A stretch of 61,394 bases of DNA, the filler included. It is 6 parts of 6 records of this genome, joined end to end, with 100 filler letters (N's around TTAATTAATTAA, not from the genome) between each part and the next. Parts side by side here need not be neighbours in the genome. Positions count along the whole stretch, not along the records: positions 17,583 to 28,849 come from SRR20825006_1202; positions 28,950 to 37,079 come from SRR20825006_1204; 4 more parts are not named here. One strand, 5' to 3'. This document shows positions 19,612-29,416 of this stretch, one piece after another. The notes beneath the pieces are model-generated. The model was not told the DNA's origin. It made no database searches and was given only the letters and a program-made list of their open reading frames with translations. The number at the start of each line of letters is the position of its first letter. The stretch's first letter is position 1. A program made the position numbers and the translations under genes.

Positions 19612-20562
19612 ATGACCCGTACTGCCTTTATCGGCGAATGCATGATCGAGCTTGCCGGAACATCCCCCGGCAGCATTTTTGGCGCGGCGAACCTTGGCTT
19701 TGCCGGGGATACGCTAAATGGTGCGACCTATATGGCACGCACCAGCCGCCTGCTTGCAGCGCCTGATACAGATGTTGCCTTCATCACGGCATTGGGGACC
19801 GACCCCTATAGCGATGCGATGATTGCCGCGTGGCAGCACGACAATATCGACACATCACTGGTCCGCCGGATCGATGGCGCCCTGCCCGGTCTTTATGCCA
19901 TTCAGACCGATGAAACCGGCGAACGCAGCTTTTCCTACTGGCGCAATGATGCCGCGGCCAAACAGATGCTTCAGGGCGGCCACGATGCCGTGTTGCGCGA
20001 TGCGCTTCGCGGGTTTGACTGCCTTTATCTTTCGGGGATCACGCTTGCGATTCTGTCGGAAAAGGATCGCAAAACCCTGATCGATATCGCTGCAAACTTC
20101 GCCAAACAGGGCGGCAAGGTCTGCTTTGACACCAATCATCGCCCGCGCCTTTGGTCCGATCAGGACATTGCAATGGCAACCTATCTGGCGATGGCCCCCC
20201 ATTGCCACACCGTCCTGCCGACATTTGATGACGACAGCGCGCTATTTGGTGACGCCACCCCCGATGCCACGGCCAACCGCTGGCATGCGCTTGGCGCAAC
20301 AGAAGTCGTTGTAAAATGCGGCGGCGAACCAACCTTTTATTCGATCAAGGATGGTGAAACCGGCACCGTCACACCGCCCAAGGTCACTGATATCATCGAT
20401 ACGACATCGGCCGGGGATTCGTTTAACGGATCATACCTTGCTGCCCGCAATGCCGGGCGTGACGTGCCCGCCGCGATTGCGGTTGCGCAAAAGGTTGCCG
20501 GCCGCGTGATTTCACGGCGCGGTGCGCTTGTTGATATCAGCGATATCAAACTCGATCAGTAA
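19612..20562 (+). CDS. kdgK: 2-dehydro-3-deoxygluconokinase (PfkB family)
   Basis: IGECMIEL, GDTLN, GERSFSYWR, SGITLAI, DTNHRPRLW and DTTSAGDSFNG. Confidence 0.85.
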   Translation: MTRTAFIGECMIELAGTSPGSIFGAANLGFAGDTLNGATYMARTSRLLAAPDTDVAFITALGTDPYSDAMIAAWQHDNIDTSLVRRIDGALPGLYAIQTDETGERSFSYWRNDAAAKQMLQGGHDAVLRDALRGFDCLYLSGITLAILSEKDRKTLIDIAANFAKQGGKVCFDTNHRPRLWSDQDIAMATYLAMAPHCHTVLPTFDDDSALFGDATPDATANRWHALGATEVVVKCGGEPTFYSIKDGETGTVTPPKVTDIIDTTSAGDSFNGSYLAARNAGRDVPAAIAVAQKVAGRVISRRGALVDISDIKLDQ

Positions 20563-23500
20563 TCCAGCCGGAACTGAACGCCAGCCTTGCTGTCGATTTC
20601 GGTGGTTTCACTGGTGACACTGATATTTGGTGTCAATTCAATCTCAACCTCGACCCCGCTTGACCCCGGGGTCGTTCCGGTCTTGGTCCCGACATAGACC
20701 CCGTCCGTCAGGTATTTTCCCACCTTGACGTTCGGGCCGTCTTCGCCGCCGCCCACCTGCAAAACATCAGCCCCGATAAAGCGGCGGATCGACCCAACAA
20801 TATCAAGGCCACCGCCACCACCCGAAAGCTCGTTCACCGCACTGGCAAGCTGCACGGCCTCAATCGCACTCAGGCTGCCTTGGGACTTGCCAAACAGGAC
20901 CTGCGACAGGATTTCATCCTCCGGTAGGGACGGATTGGATGTCAGAACCAGTTCCGGGTCGCTTGCCGGGCCTTGGAACCCGGCGGTTACGGTCAGATCA
21001 TCAGTGGTATAAACCCCTGCGATATCGAGTAACGGATCGGGCGGTGTCGCACCGGAAAACGTGATCTTGGAATCCTTGATCACGAATGTCTTGCCAATGA
21101 TATCAAGCTGCCCGCGAAGCGCCTGCAATTGCCCGACAATGATCGGCTCTGCAGTTGTCCCGCTGATATCAAGCTTGCCACCCCATTCGGAATCAAGCCC
21201 CCGCCCGCGCACAAACAAACGCCCCGGAATATCAACCGTCACGTCAAGATTGCCGACAAAACCCGATGCGGCGTTTTTCTTTTCCTCTTCTTCCTCACGC
21301 TGCCTGGAATCTTCGATATTCTCGACATCAAGCGTCGAGACCGACACTGGCAGCGCAAGGGTCAGGTCGACTTCGCCACGGCGCAGCGTCACGTTGCTTT
21401 GGATATCAGCAGTCTGTTCGGTTCCGGTAACAGATGCCGTCACATCAGCCCAGAATTGCAGTTCATCCTTACGCGACAGGGCTGCGTTATCAACCTTAAG
21501 CTCCGCCTTGTAGCTGACAAGCGGATCGCCACCCAACGTCACCTCGGCCGCCCCGCTAATCCGGCCATTGCCGCCATCGGTTGCCGAGATTTCCGAAACC
21601 CGCAAACCGTTCTGATCAAAATCGCCATTGATCGTGATCTGCTTTAACAGCGTGCCATATTCCAGATGCTCATACGCCCCACCCGAAAGGGCGATGTTGC
21701 CATTCCAGTCAAGCGCATCGAGTGTACCCTTGGCAACCACATCAAGTTTGAGATTGCCAGACATGACATGATCAGGGGCTGGGACATAAGGCCAGAATTG
21801 CGCGATTTCGCCATCAACCTTGACCAGCGCATCAATCGGAGCCACCAGATCAAGGGTGTAATCCTGTTTGAGTATGGAAATACCAAGCGGCACGGTGCCG
21901 CGCGCCTCTACAATCTGGGCCTCATCATTGCCAAGGGTCGCATTGCCATCGAACTGACCGTCACGCAACGCCAGATCAAGCACCATTTCAAATGGCTTCA
22001 GGTCCTTGACCGCGACGGTCGTGATCTTGCCAATCCCGCCCGAAACGGTCGCCACCGGCAGTTCCCCGGTACGTTCCGACATCTCAGCGGTGATATTCAT
22101 TGTGCCGTCCAGCCCGCTCAGGCCAAACATCTCTCCCCACGGGCCTAGTACCAGCTCGGAAATCTGCGCTTCGGCCGCAAAGCTTTTCTTTGGCGTCAGA
22201 TCAAGCTTGGCAATCACCTGCCCCGCGCCGACATTCAATGCCGCATCAAGCTTCTGCTGCCCTTTGCCAGTTTGACTAAACAGCAATGGTTCACGAAGGG
22301 CGATGTTCTGGCTGCCGATATTGATATCAAGCTGATCGGCACGAACATTGATGCCATCCGAAAGCCCAAGTTCGACGGTGCTATCGAGTTTAATCGGAAT
22401 AGTGTCGCGAAGCTGACCATTGGCATTCGTCGCAATTCCAATGGCCGAAAGATCGCCGGAAATCTCGGTCTGCAACTCATTAATCGCAAGCGGCGCAAAA
22501 CGAATATCACGCCCGTTCAGGGTCAAATCAAAACCGGGCTTTTCAAACGCGTTCAGGATCGAACCGGCAAGAACGATTTCTTCGATTGCGGGCGGCTCTG
22601 TCCCTTCTTCGGCGGCAAGCCGAATGCCTTTGATGTTCGCATTCACATCAATCTGCTGCTGGCCCGATTTCGGCACAAACGCCACATCGGCGGTTAGCGC
22701 ACCATTCGTCACCGACGCCCCGAAATCCGACAGCATCACCGCATCGAGTTTACGCACCGAAAGCTTGCCACGCATCGGCACCGCGTAATCTGGCAACATC
22801 AGGCTACCGACAAGCTCAAGCCGCTCACCGCTCAGGGCAATGTTATCCACCCGCAACCCATCGGCGGGCAAAACCACATCTGCCGCCAGATCGTAATTGC
22901 GCCCCATCAAGGCAAACCCGGCCTTGTTGATCAACGATAATACCGCCTGATCGGACCAGCGCATTTCGCTCACAAGATCAAGTTTTTCAAACTTCTGCCC
23001 ACCGGCCAAAACCGATGGCGTTGAAAGTTTGATGGTCCCGACCGGTGCCGCGATATCCCCATCAAGATTGATCGCAACCGTCGCCGGGGCGATGGAAACA
23101 CCGATATCAGGTGGCACCACGCCGGGCTGAACCGAGAGTTCAGATTTAACCGACAAATTACTGAATTCATTTGAAATATCGATCTGCACCGGGCCGGAAA
23201 CCATCGCCGCGGCAATCTGATCAAGCGTGATCGACAGATCAAATGCATCATTAACCGCAAGCTTGCCGTCAATGGTCGGCGCAGCCCCGACAATACGATC
23301 AAGATCGGCAATGCCAAACCCGGCCTGATCGGCCTTGATTGCAATATTCGCCGTCCCGCCCTGCTCAACCGACCATGCCAGATCGCGTATCGCAACCTGC
23401 CCCGTCCCGGTCAGATCAAGCCCCGAGATCGGTGCAAAAATCGCAAGATCACGGATATCGGCAATCAATTCGCCATCCGTCACCGCCATCACGTCATTGA

Positions 23501-24974
23501 TATCGGTCTTGCCGTCAACCGAAATGCCCGGCGTTGTGATATTGATGTTGCCAAGTGCAAAATTGCTGAAATCCGGTGCGATTGCCGCATCAAGGGCAAC
23601 CTGCTGCGCATTGCCCAGCATCGCACCAAGATCGGCATCCTGCCAGTCATTGCCCGAAACATCGACCCGGCTTTGAACAGAAAACCCGTCCTCATCACCA
23701 CGAAGATCGGCATCAAGTGCCAGCGTCGCGATGGTTGATACCGGCGTTACGACCTTATCCCCACGCAGCATCACCGTCACATCAGGCAATTCAAGCGGCC
23801 CTTCGGCATGGGCGGTCACATCAAGCCCGCCCCATGTCACGGCATCCTCGATCAGGGCCGATGTCGCCGGATCAATATCCCCGTGCAGATCGGCCAGAAG
23901 AGTACTCTCATCAAAATCGATTTCCGCCGTCGCGCCAATCGTCGCAAGCCCGGATTTCGCGATATCGCCGCGCGTGACCGAAAGGATATTGGCATCCGCA
24001 TCAAACTGCCCGCCAATGCCCAAATCAAGATCACCCTGCAACGGGTCGGGAAGCTGATCGGCCAGTTCTCCCTGCGTTGCCAGAACACCATCAAGGTCAA
24101 ACCCGATCCGGCTTTCATCAAGCCGCAAGCCCAAATCACCGCCAAGCGTCACAAGGTCACTTGCCGCAAGTTCAATCCGCCCTTTCCAGCCTGTCGCCGG
24201 GCCATCACCCTTCAGGCTGATCGTGATATTTGGCGCATCTTCGGGTGCCAACCCGGCAAGGGTCATGACCAAGCCTGCACGATCAAGCTCGCCTTCGATA
24301 TCGGCCTTTAATCGCTGCGCATCGGCGTCAAGATCAAGCTCGACACGCAGCCGGTCAATGCTGTCATCAAGCGGTTGCAGATCAAGTGACAAGACCGCTT
24401 CAAGGTTTTCGCGAATTGCCGCACTGGCGCTTAGACCATATTCAAAGCTTTTGCCGCTGGCAGGGTCGGAAATACGCACATTGCCAAGCGCCAGTTTGCC
24501 AAGCTCGATGGCCAATGGCGGCGCAAAACCGCCTGATGCGGCCTCTTCGTCCTCTGCCGTTTCATCTACGCCCGACATATCGGGCAAGACCACATCAATC
24601 GCGACACTTTCAATCCGATCAATCCGAAGCGTCCCACCCAAAAGGGCCAGCGGGGACCAGTCAAACCCGAACTGACTGACATCCACGGCCAAGCCGGATG
24701 ACGGCATCGACATCGACAAACGATCAAGCGAAAGCCCCGTCCAAAGGCTGCCCTCGATCCGGCCCAGTTCGAAATCGCCCTCTATCGTCTTTGCAACCGT
24801 AGTGTTTAACCACGGCGTTAGCGCACGCAATACCGGCCCGGTCCCCGCAATACCGACAATCAGGATCACGGTCAGCAAAAGGCATATGAACGCAATCGTG
24901 CCACGCCGCACCCATTTGGCGACCTTTCCGCGTTTGGTGGCTCTCGATGGTTTCGGATTTTCAGGCGACGTCAA
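20556..24974 (-). CDS. tamB: translocation/assembly module TamB
   Basis: 1472 aa with an N-terminal TM anchor, glycine/beta-rich repeats and a C-terminal DUF490-like end (VRGRGLDSEWGG, EILSQVLFGK, VGKYL). Follows tamA. Confidence 0.9.
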   Translation of the reverse strand: MTSPENPKPSRATKRGKVAKWVRRGTIAFICLLLTVILIVGIAGTGPVLRALTPWLNTTVAKTIEGDFELGRIEGSLWTGLSLDRLSMSMPSSGLAVDVSQFGFDWSPLALLGGTLRIDRIESVAIDVVLPDMSGVDETAEDEEAASGGFAPPLAIELGKLALGNVRISDPASGKSFEYGLSASAAIRENLEAVLSLDLQPLDDSIDRLRVELDLDADAQRLKADIEGELDRAGLVMTLAGLAPEDAPNITISLKGDGPATGWKGRIELAASDLVTLGGDLGLRLDESRIGFDLDGVLATQGELADQLPDPLQGDLDLGIGGQFDADANILSVTRGDIAKSGLATIGATAEIDFDESTLLADLHGDIDPATSALIEDAVTWGGLDVTAHAEGPLELPDVTVMLRGDKVVTPVSTIATLALDADLRGDEDGFSVQSRVDVSGNDWQDADLGAMLGNAQQVALDAAIAPDFSNFALGNINITTPGISVDGKTDINDVMAVTDGELIADIRDLAIFAPISGLDLTGTGQVAIRDLAWSVEQGGTANIAIKADQAGFGIADLDRIVGAAPTIDGKLAVNDAFDLSITLDQIAAAMVSGPVQIDISNEFSNLSVKSELSVQPGVVPPDIGVSIAPATVAINLDGDIAAPVGTIKLSTPSVLAGGQKFEKLDLVSEMRWSDQAVLSLINKAGFALMGRNYDLAADVVLPADGLRVDNIALSGERLELVGSLMLPDYAVPMRGKLSVRKLDAVMLSDFGASVTNGALTADVAFVPKSGQQQIDVNANIKGIRLAAEEGTEPPAIEEIVLAGSILNAFEKPGFDLTLNGRDIRFAPLAINELQTEISGDLSAIGIATNANGQLRDTIPIKLDSTVELGLSDGINVRADQLDINIGSQNIALREPLLFSQTGKGQQKLDAALNVGAGQVIAKLDLTPKKSFAAEAQISELVLGPWGEMFGLSGLDGTMNITAEMSERTGELPVATVSGGIGKITTVAVKDLKPFEMVLDLALRDGQFDGNATLGNDEAQIVEARGTVPLGISILKQDYTLDLVAPIDALVKVDGEIAQFWPYVPAPDHVMSGNLKLDVVAKGTLDALDWNGNIALSGGAYEHLEYGTLLKQITINGDFDQNGLRVSEISATDGGNGRISGAAEVTLGGDPLVSYKAELKVDNAALSRKDELQFWADVTASVTGTEQTADIQSNVTLRRGEVDLTLALPVSVSTLDVENIEDSRQREEEEEKKNAASGFVGNLDVTVDIPGRLFVRGRGLDSEWGGKLDISGTTAEPIIVGQLQALRGQLDIIGKTFVIKDSKITFSGATPPDPLLDIAGVYTTDDLTVTAGFQGPASDPELVLTSNPSLPEDEILSQVLFGKSQGSLSAIEAVQLASAVNELSGGGGGLDIVGSIRRFIGADVLQVGGGEDGPNVKVGKYLTDGVYVGTKTGTTPGSSGVEVEIELTPNISVTSETTEIDSKAGVQFRLDY

Positions 24975-26989
24975 AATGCTTGTCCAAGGCTAAGATAAAT
25001 CTGGAAATCGTCATCAACATTGTCACGCTTATCAAGCGGCACGGCGACATCAAAACGAAGCGGCCCGACCGCCGTGTAATAACGAAAACCAAGCCCTGCC
25101 GCCCAAAGCAGATCAAGGTCTTCGGGGTCACTTGCCTCAAACACGTTGCCGCCTTCGATGAATGGCACGATGCCAAAGCTTTCCGTCAGACGTGCGCGGA
25201 ATTCGATCCCGGCTTCAAGCACCGAACGCCCGCCAAGCGGATCACCATCCTCATCAATCGGCCCGACTTTCTGATATTCGTAACCGCGCACCGATCCGCC
25301 GCCACCGGAATAAAACCGTTTGTTGGCCGGAAGGTCCGATCTGTCTTCGCCGATGATCATCCCGGCACGCCCCCGCCCCGCGATGACATAATCGCCTTCT
25401 TCGTCAAAGGCATAATATTGCGACCCGTTCAATGAAACGGATGTGAATTGCGCGCTCGGGCCGCTCAGACTGCTATAGGGCGATAGGTTGAATTCAAGCC
25501 GGTTGCCCTCGGTCGGATCAAGCGGATTATCGGTGCTGTCGCGCCGCAAAACACCCCGTAACCCGCCAAGATAGAATTGCTCATTGGGCGAATCTGCCCC
25601 CGTCAGGTCGGAATATTCCGCCGTTGGGCCAAGCGTAACCGACCAGTAATCGCCAAACTTGCGTTCAATACCGACAAAGCTTTCGACCAGTTCGCCGTCA
25701 TAGGCATCCGTGCTGTAACTCTTGGCCGAAGCATCCGCGACCAGCGCCTGACGCCGCTTAAGAAACTGCGGCTTGCGGAATGCAGCTTCAAGGCCCTGGC
25801 TTTGCCCCGACCCTTCGATACCAAGTCTGAGCCGTTCGCCCGCCCCGAACAGATTGCGGTTTTCCCAGAATGCATTCGCCCCCGGCCCGTCGGCAGTTGA
25901 AAAATCAACCCCGCCACCAATCGTGCGATGTTTGCGTTCGTGCACTTCGATCTCGATGGGGATTTCACCATTTTCGGCAACCGGCCCGACCGGTTTGACG
26001 ATCACACTGTCAAACAGGTTGGATTGCGCCAGATCGCGGCGCGTCGTTTTGACTTCTTCGGGGGAATATTTCTGCCCTGGTTTCCAACTGCGATAACCGG
26101 CGATGAAATCCTCATCAACACTTTCAGCCCCTTTGACATTGACCTTGCCAAAATTGGCTTGCGCACCGGTGATCAGTTCATAGGTCACCGAAATGGTCTT
26201 TTCGGTGGTATTGGCGATCACGGTTCGCTTGCCCGCTTCCACCAATGGATAACCTCGATCACGCATGATATCGACGGCATATTGTTCGGCCAGAATAATC
26301 GGATCTGCGGCTGCACGCTGTCCAAGGTGCAAATTCGACCGCTCAAGCTCCTCATCCGTGGCCTCGCGTTTGGTCGTATGGTCCGGACGGACAATTGAAA
26401 ATTTCACTTCAGACAGAAGATAGGGCTGCTTGACGTCGACCTGATAAATCAGATCGACCGGATCAGGTTGTTCCCCACCCGCCGGAGCGCCAGCAGCCGG
26501 CTCGCTTGTCGCGCTGACAACGTCATCGCCATCGCCGCCATTTTCGTCGTCCGATATGGTCGGATCATCGGGTTCGGCCTTGCGGATATTGAACGCGACC
26601 TGCCCGTCATAAAACCCGAAGGCCCGCAAAACGGTCTCGAACCGCTCCACATCATCCTCCGCCCGGCGCTCAAGCCCGGCAAGTGATGGCGTGGGACGCG
26701 ATTGCAACCGGATCGATGTGCTGACTTCGCGCAACGCATTGATCAGCTTTTCCTCCTGCGGATCAATACCTTCTATCTTGACCTGATAGGGGATCTGGAC
26801 ACCCAACACATCCTGTGCTGCACTATCGCTGTCCTTACCGAACCCAAATTCGGATAAGACACCATCCCCTGAACATCCCGAAACGGCTGACCCCATCAGC
26901 AGAACAGACACAACACCAATGCCACGCAGTCTGGATTTGCGGCTGTAGCGTTTACCCCTGTTCACCAAAGACGTCCCCAATATTTTCAC
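24971..26989 (-). CDS. tamA: Omp85-family TamA outer membrane protein
   Basis: POTRA-like region, RFYSGGGGSVRGY, GPLRFDVAVP and terminal YLSLGQAF. Confidence 0.9.
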   Translation of the reverse strand: MKILGTSLVNRGKRYSRKSRLRGIGVVSVLLMGSAVSGCSGDGVLSEFGFGKDSDSAAQDVLGVQIPYQVKIEGIDPQEEKLINALREVSTSIRLQSRPTPSLAGLERRAEDDVERFETVLRAFGFYDGQVAFNIRKAEPDDPTISDDENGGDGDDVVSATSEPAAGAPAGGEQPDPVDLIYQVDVKQPYLLSEVKFSIVRPDHTTKREATDEELERSNLHLGQRAAADPIILAEQYAVDIMRDRGYPLVEAGKRTVIANTTEKTISVTYELITGAQANFGKVNVKGAESVDEDFIAGYRSWKPGQKYSPEEVKTTRRDLAQSNLFDSVIVKPVGPVAENGEIPIEIEVHERKHRTIGGGVDFSTADGPGANAFWENRNLFGAGERLRLGIEGSGQSQGLEAAFRKPQFLKRRQALVADASAKSYSTDAYDGELVESFVGIERKFGDYWSVTLGPTAEYSDLTGADSPNEQFYLGGLRGVLRRDSTDNPLDPTEGNRLEFNLSPYSSLSGPSAQFTSVSLNGSQYYAFDEEGDYVIAGRGRAGMIIGEDRSDLPANKRFYSGGGGSVRGYEYQKVGPIDEDGDPLGGRSVLEAGIEFRARLTESFGIVPFIEGGNVFEASDPEDLDLLWAAGLGFRYYTAVGPLRFDVAVPLDKRDNVDDDFQIYLSLGQAF

Positions 26990-27244
26990 TCGGTCCCGAT
27001 AGACTTATGCAACGGTCGGCTGCATTCGTCGCGCAGTCCGATCCATTTATTGTTTTAAGGCACTTGCCAAGCGCCTGCCATCTTTTCATTCTATACACTG
27101 GTCGAAGACGCCAAGGCTCAGAAAGCATGAAATAATGGCATGGCTGTGATCGTTAAACGCACTTGTCATAAAAATGTGCCCGGCTTACTCGAAGTTGAAG
27201 GCTATTTTTTTGCCATTGCCACCCAAAAAGCCGGAGGCCCCTAA

Positions 27245-28849
27245 GTGAACTCCAACGCGACATCAAATTCCTCCCTGCCCGTTATCATCCGTACGGCGAC
27301 CCGGTCCGATCTGGATGGCCTTTGCGCTCTTGAAAGTGGCAGCTTCACAAGCGACGCGATTTCACGATCGGGCTTTTCGCGCTTCCTGCGCCAATCTTCC
27401 GCCCGTCTTCTGGTCGCCGATGCCGGCGAAAGCGGAACACCCGATATCGTCGGTTATGGCCTGCTTTTGCTGCGCGCCAATACGACAACGGCACGGATTT
27501 ATTCGCTGGCAATTTCCGATAAGTGGCGCGGCAAGGGCCTTGGCACCCAACTTCTGGCCGGGCTTGAAAACCTGGCGATTGATGCCGGATGTGTGCGTAT
27601 CCGCCTTGAAGTCCGTGTTGAAAACAGCAATGCCCGCAATCTTTATGATCGCCATGGCTATCAACAGATTGCCGATCTGCCCGGTTATTACGAAGACGGG
27701 GCCGATGGCATTCGCCTGCAACATGATCTTTATGATATTCCGACCGAACGGTCCCCTGCGGTTGCAACCGGTGCCCCCCTGATCCTTGTGGACCGCCTCA
27801 AGGATCTGCCGTTTCAGGTGCCCGGTGCGCGCATCATGCGGGTGCGCGAATATCTTGCGCTTGACCACGGGGTCCGCAACCGGCGTGTGATCAACCTGTG
27901 TCAGTCCTATGAATATCTGTCACGCGGCTATTATTGCAGCTTGCTTGCCGCCGCACGCAGCGAACGCGTGATCCCCGAAGCCGACGTGCTTCTGGATCTG
28001 AACTGGAAACGGCTGCAAAAAACCGCCCGCGCGGAAATGAGCTCGCAAATCGTCGAAGCATTGACCAAACCCGGCGATCACCCGACCAGAATTGACGTCT
28101 TTTTCGGCCGCACCGTCGATAAGCGTTTTCGCGATATCGCGCAACGCGCCTTCGATCAGTTCCGCTGCCCGATCCTGCGCCTGCATCTGAACCCGTCGGA
28201 TAAGAAAATCCTGCGCGAAATCGAAGCCCCAGCCCTAAGCCAACTGGATGCCGAAGACCTGCCCGCCTTTGAAAGTGCCATTCGTGCCTATCTGCGCGGT
28301 CGCGTGCGCAAACCGGCATCTGGCGGCAATCCGCCAAGTGCGCTGGTGGCAATCCTCCATGATCCCGATGCGGTTCTGCCGCCATCCGATAATGACGCAT
28401 TGGCCCTGTTCGTTCAGGCCGCAGCCGACCTTGGTGCCAAGGCCGAACTGATCACCGCCAAGGATTTCCACCATCTGTCGGAATTTGATGCGCTGCTGAT
28501 CCGCGAAACCACCGCCCTTGATCATCATACCTATCGTTTTGCCAAGCGCGCGCGCAAGGAAGGCATTCCGGTGATTGACGATCCGGACTCAATCCTGCGC
28601 TGCACGAACAAGGTCTATCTTGCCGAATTGCTGCGCACGCACCGCATCCCGGCCCCGCGCAGCATGATTTTCGATAAACGCCGCATTGCCGAAATCGGCA
28701 AGCTGTTCAGCTTCCCCTCGGTCCTGAAGGTGCCCGATGGCTGCTTCTCGCGCGGGGTGCGCAAGGTGAAATCGCCCGAACATCTGGCCGAAGTCGCGAC
28801 CGAAATGTTCAAAAACTCGGAACTTCTGGTCATTCAGGAATATGTCGAA
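27245..28849 (+). CDS. GNAT acetyltransferase fused to RLAN + RimK-type ATP-grasp ligase, 3' end cut by the gap
   Basis: N-terminal GNAT (RIYSLA, RGKGLG, LEVRVEN, GYYEDG), then RLAN (INLC..Y.YLSRGYYCSLLAAAR) and ATP-grasp (IRET, CTNKVYL, LKVPDG.FSRGV, QEYV). Confidence 0.85.
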
Positions 28850-28949
28850 NNNNNNNNNNNNNNNNNNNNNNNNNNNNNNNNNNNNNNNNNNNNTTAATTA
28901 ATTAANNNNNNNNNNNNNNNNNNNNNNNNNNNNNNNNNNNNNNNNNNNN
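28850..28949. other. artificial contig spacer
   Basis: N44-TTAATTAATTAA-N44. Confidence 0.97.
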
Positions 28950-29052
28950 GGTTTTGGTTCCGATGTGAAGCATCGGATTCACCGAATGGGTGCATACATT
29001 GAGGGCCATCATCGCGGCCCCGAACAGCTCACAGAAGCACGTCTGGCGGGCG
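28950..29052 (+). mobile_element. IS630-family transposase 5' remnant
   Basis: The + frame encodes LRAIIAAPNSSQKHVWRA, which I recall as the N-terminus of alphaproteobacterial IS630 transposases (..PQKHVWRARIVLL). Similarity stops abruptly. Confidence 0.5.
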
Positions 29053-29382
29053 CTGCGCAGCTCTGTTTTCGGTGGCCTGCGTCCAGCCGCTGAAGCTAAC
29101 AATCACGCCGCGAGAAGCTTGGACGTCGTGCATCATGCCTTCGAACGCTTCGACTTCTTTCACGTCAATTTTTCGCTTTCGTCTTTTCGCATCATAGATA
29201 ATGCGCCGAGCGACACCTTCTTCCCACCGCGCATCGACCATAATGTCGATCTGGCGCTTAACGCCGCTGATCGAACCCGTTAAAGATGCATTTGGAGTAA
29301 CAGAGACATCCATAGCAGCAGCGTTGATCTCGAAACACGCTGCGACGCGTTCATATACCCGCCAATCTGGTGTGTCTGTCAT
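29029..29382 (-). CDS. restriction endonuclease-fold (Mrr-like PD-(D/E)XK) protein, probably 3'-truncated
   Basis: WRVYE, G.SGVKRQIDI, YDAKRRKRKIDVKEVEAF, GVIVSFSGWT. It ends inside the IS630 remnant. Confidence 0.7.
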   Translation of the reverse strand: MTDTPDWRVYERVAACFEINAAAMDVSVTPNASLTGSISGVKRQIDIMVDARWEEGVARRIIYDAKRRKRKIDVKEVEAFEGMMHDVQASRGVIVSFSGWTQATENRAAQRPPDVLL

Positions 29383-29416
29383 CGCCAATTCATCCAACTT
29401 CAAAGTGGTGGCGCAT

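Noticed and set aside
20556-20562. Convergent 3' overlap of kdgK and tamB
   Set aside because: A 7-bp stop-region overlap is common and gives no evidence of function.
27245-29382. Possible link between the GNAT-ATP-grasp protein and the defence operon
   Set aside because: They are separated by an artificial spacer and lie on different contigs.
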